Shown here in pieces: positions 60,658 to 64,000 of a stretch of DNA of 64,000 nt (positions are counted from its first letter, which is position 1; each line of letters opens with the position of its first letter). The position numbers and the translations under genes were made by a program. A model generated the notes under the pieces. That model saw only the letters and a list, made by a program, of their open reading frames with translations. It made no database searches and had not been told where the DNA came from. The stretch is taken from the NCBI GenBank assembly GCA_951406725.2, contig OX597817.1:13454001-13518000 (forward strand), written 5' to 3'. The stretch comes from Octopus vulgaris. Taxonomy: Eukaryota.

Positions 60658-61050
60658 TAGGCGCAGGAGTGGCTGTGTGGTAAGTAGCTTGCTAACCAAC
60701 CACATGGTTCCGGGTTCAGTCCCACTGCGTGGCATCTTGGGCAAGTGTCTTCTGCTATAGCCCCGGGCCGACCAATGCCTTGTGAGTGGATTTGGTAGAC
60801 TGAAACTGAAAGAAGCCTGTCGTATATATGTATATATATATATGTGTTTGTGTGTCTGTGTTTGTCCCCCTAGCATTGCTTGACAACCGATGCTGGTGTG
60901 TTTATGTCCCCGTTACTTAGCGGTTCGGCAAAAGAGACCGATAGAATAAGTACTGGGCTTACAAAAAGAATAAGTACCGGGGTCGATTTGCTCGACTCAA
61001 AGCGGTGCTCCAGCATGGCCGCAGTCAAATGACTGAAACAAGTAAAGGAG
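60658..61050 (+). mobile_element. tRNA-derived SINE, family A
   Basis: Full-length copy. Confidence 0.85.
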
Positions 61051-61858
61051 TAATTCACTTATCTTCTGTGATGTTGCTGTTCTAAGGCCCCAATTAGCTC
61101 TACTTTTATTGGAACCATCATTTTATGTTATTTTTTTTTTCCATACTGGTACAGGTTGGATAGATTTGTTCCAGTATATTGTATTGCTGTATGTTGTGGT
61201 CTTTCAGTCTAATACACAACAGAAAAGAAAAAAAAATGCAATTTTTTTAATATTGTGTGTCATGTACTTTTTGGCTGAATGTCTTATAGTAAACCCACTT
61301 TACAGGATGGTATGGATGCATTTTATCATGCCACTCCAATTGTTAGATCACCATCACTGACGATCTTGGTGAAATCACATCCTTACCATTGCTAGAATTG
61401 CATCTCAAGGACTGGCCCTTCCATTTGAAACCAGATGATATTTCAGCTTCCAACAATTATCGATACTCTATAATAACTCAGATGAGACCCACACCATCAT
61501 CGTTTAACGTCCGCTTTCCATGCTAGCATGGGTTGGACGATTTGACAGAGGACTGGCGAACCAGATGGCTGCACCAGACTACAATCTGATCTGGCTGAGT
61601 TTCTATGGCTGGATGCCCTTCCTAACACCAACCACTCCGAGAGTAGTATTGCTGCTGCACTCAATGGCATCACTGTCGCTCATCTAGTTATGCCTGTGGG
61701 GGCCATGAGCTCTGCACCTTTCTACAGACTGAGCAAGATTTTCTGCCTTGACTAAAGACTGATGGTTTCTAATGTTTGTTAGTAAAGTGATTGAATTATT
61801 GATGTAATTTTCTGACATCATAACAATACTCCATGTTACTTCTTACAATCATATTTAG

Positions 61859-61925
61859 GTTCACAGACTGGGATCCTGATGTTCATGAAGAAATTAGAAA
61901 CTCTATATTAAATAAAACTTTTCAG
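61859..61925 (+). CDS. AKTIP: AKTIP coding exon 7
   Basis: TTTAG acceptor and GTGAGT donor; FTDWDPDVHEEIR resembles FSPWNPSVHDEAR. Confidence 0.9.
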
Positions 61926-62064
61926 GTGAGTATTATTTTATTTTCTAACCATGTTTTAAGCACTTGTCGTCCACTAAATTTAAACTGGTAGCTAATACCA
62001 ATTAACTTTTATTTTTGATAAATTATAAAATCTTAAATCTTCTTGCCACTTACAATTAGATTTT

Positions 62065-62662
62065 TAACTCTTTACCATATAAACTGGCCAAAATAATCTA
62101 CTTGTTTTATGTTCAAACTGTTAAGATCTGGCCTCTCACACTTATCCTACAATGATACCTGTGCCGGTGGAACATAAAAAGCACCATCTAAACATGGCTG
62201 ATGCCAGCGCTGCCTCGACTGGCTTCTGTGCTGGTGGCACATAAAAAGCACCATCCGAACGTGACCGATGCCAGCGCCGCCTTGGCTGGCTTCCGTGCCG
62301 GTGGCACATTAAAAGCACCAACCGATCGTGGCTGATGCCAGACTCCCCTGACACCTGTGCCGGTGGCACGTAAAAAGCACCCACTACACTCATGGAGTGG
62401 TTGGCATTAGGAAGGGCATCCAGCTGTAGAAACACTGCCAGATCAGACTGGAGCCTGGAGCAGCTCCTGGCTTCCCAGACCCCGGTCGCACTGTCCAACC
62501 TGTGCTAGCGTGGAAAACGGACATTAAATGATGATGATTATTGTAAAAATAGTCATGTCATTGAAATCTCAAAGCTACAAGGTAGCGCATAACTAATTCT
62601 TGTCAATGTGAATAAATAAGCATTACATTTGACTGAAAAACTTTGAATACTAAAGGGTTTAA
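62065..62662. mobile_element. TTAA-type MITE with nested RTE-tailed repeat (~62155-62538)
   Basis: TTAACTCTTTA ... TAAAGGGTTTAA termini; interior matches 4442-4663 and is split by a repeat with ~60-bp GCCGGTGGCAC.TAAAAAGCACC units. Confidence 0.65.
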
Positions 62663-63205
62663 ACTTTGATTCCATTAGTCTTTTACATAACTCCCTAACA
62701 ATCAATATAACCATTTTTTGTCCATGAACTCCTTTTATTGTTTTCCTTGGGAGGACCCCAATAACCATTGATGTTTAAAAATCCCAGTGTATTTTTATAA
62801 TTAAATATTATTAGGAATTATATGAAAGTAATTGTTAAAATATTTTGTGTAATGTACAAGTCTAACCAATTTATTGCACATAAACTTTACTGGTCCGAAG
62901 CAGTTTTTTCATGGTCCCTGAAAAATTATTGTGGACCCCACCAAAATCTTATATGGACCCCAGTTGAGAACCCCTGATCTAAGTGAATTGTAAATGAAAG
63001 TATTTTTTCCTTTATAATTCTCTTGCATTTTAAAAAAATCTTGTAAACCTTTTTATAAACTTCAGGAAATGCTCTCAATTTGTTTTATGAATGTAAAAAA
63101 AAAAGTTGCTGAAATGCAATATAAATTTAACAACCCAGTTTATTTAATAGTATTTATTCTGTCAATACAACTGCCAACATTTAAAATTTTATTTTCTCAT
63201 TTTAG

Positions 63206-63301
63206 GACAAACCAAATTTGGCTGATAATTCATCTGGACTATCGTGGATGAACAGTGAGAATTCTCAGATATTTTCTAAAGAAGACACTACTTTCTCATG
63301 A
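63206..63301 (+). CDS. AKTIP: AKTIP terminal coding exon 8
   Basis: TTTTAG acceptor, phase 0; SGLSWM...QIFSKED resembles AGLSWV...QPFSKEE; TGA at 63299-63301. Spliced CDS totals 780 nt (259 aa). Confidence 0.92.
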   Translation, partial: DKPNLADNSSGLSWMNSENSQIFSKEDTTFS

Positions 63302-63501
63302 ATATATCATTATTTATTTGTTGATAACAAACAACTGCATTCATACCATTTCCTTGGTCTTTGATTCTATTGAAGATTCCTCCCTCTATAAATCTGAAGC
63401 ACAATGTTGAGCTGATTGTTATAGATATTTGTATCATAAACTTAAAAAAAAATACAAAGTGTTGCACTGTTTGATAAATTTGTTTATATGGAATAATGTT
63501 T

Positions 63502-63507
63502 AATAAA
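63502..63507 (+). promoter_or_regulatory. Candidate AKTIP polyadenylation signal
   Basis: AATAAA 200 nt after the stop codon. Confidence 0.5.
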
Positions 63508-64000
63508 AATTACTTTTAATTTATTAGATATTATTATTGGAATTCAATTTTTTTATATATGAATATGTTTAAAATGTAATACTCAAAACTGCCAGTTTAG
63601 TTAAATATTTCATCTACTAAATACATCAGCTCATCTATTTTTTTTCATAAGCCTACTTTTAATTTTGTGACCTGTTACTGACACAGTCACACAGGTCATA
63701 TTATTTATAGCATTTACTACTTCTGCTTATTTTCCTACACCATATTTTGTCAATTATTATTATTATTATTTTTTTCACGACACTCATTTCTAGGGATGGT
63801 GCGTTCCATAGTTACAGTGGGCTGTGTATAACGTTGTTCTTATTGAGTAGGCATCTGTTAAATATTTCTAAATACACAACAGGCTGAATGCTTACAGCTG
63901 AATCAAAGGTCCACTACACTGCATTATTACAGAATTTCAAATGTTCTTGAGACCATTGTGAATATTATCTTCAAGTGGAATGCATTAGGAGTTAAAATTA

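Noticed and set aside
62155-62400. Repeat-spacer pattern resembling a CRISPR array (also at 3520-3720 and 56090-56330)
   Set aside because: The repeats are degenerate, the spacers are related to each other, they sit within a eukaryotic retroposon family, and there are no cas genes.

Overview
AT-rich, repeat-dense eukaryotic DNA. The tRNA-derived SINEs, RTE tails and (TA)n/(CA)n tracts look molluscan and most resemble Octopus (inference). Three protein-coding genes are supported. (1) The last three exons of a GDAP1-like GST-fold, tail-anchored gene (+, 576-10237; 5' part lies outside the window). (2) An intronless NOC2L/Noc2 gene with a shortened N-terminus and a Lys-rich tandem-repeat C-terminus (-, 18968-20992). 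(3) A complete 8-coding-exon AKTIP/FTS ubiquitin-E2-variant gene (+, 37440-63301, 259 aa). The rest is transposon debris: CR1 and RTE LINE fragments, several SINE families, mariner/Tc1 and Merlin relics, TTAA-type and other MITEs, non-autonomous Helitrons and Penelope-like remnants, often nested. The most notable oddities are a 168-bp near-perfect fold-back next to a hammerhead-ribozyme-like motif (26573-26978), an exact duplicate of an AKTIP splice acceptor (51105-51162), a local inverted duplication upstream of NOC2L, modular head/tail swapping among SINEs, and inverted young SINE pairs flanking AKTIP exons. No prokaryotic system or CRISPR array is present, and I cannot claim a wholly new system from sequence alone. 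All homology calls are from motif recognition, not database searches.
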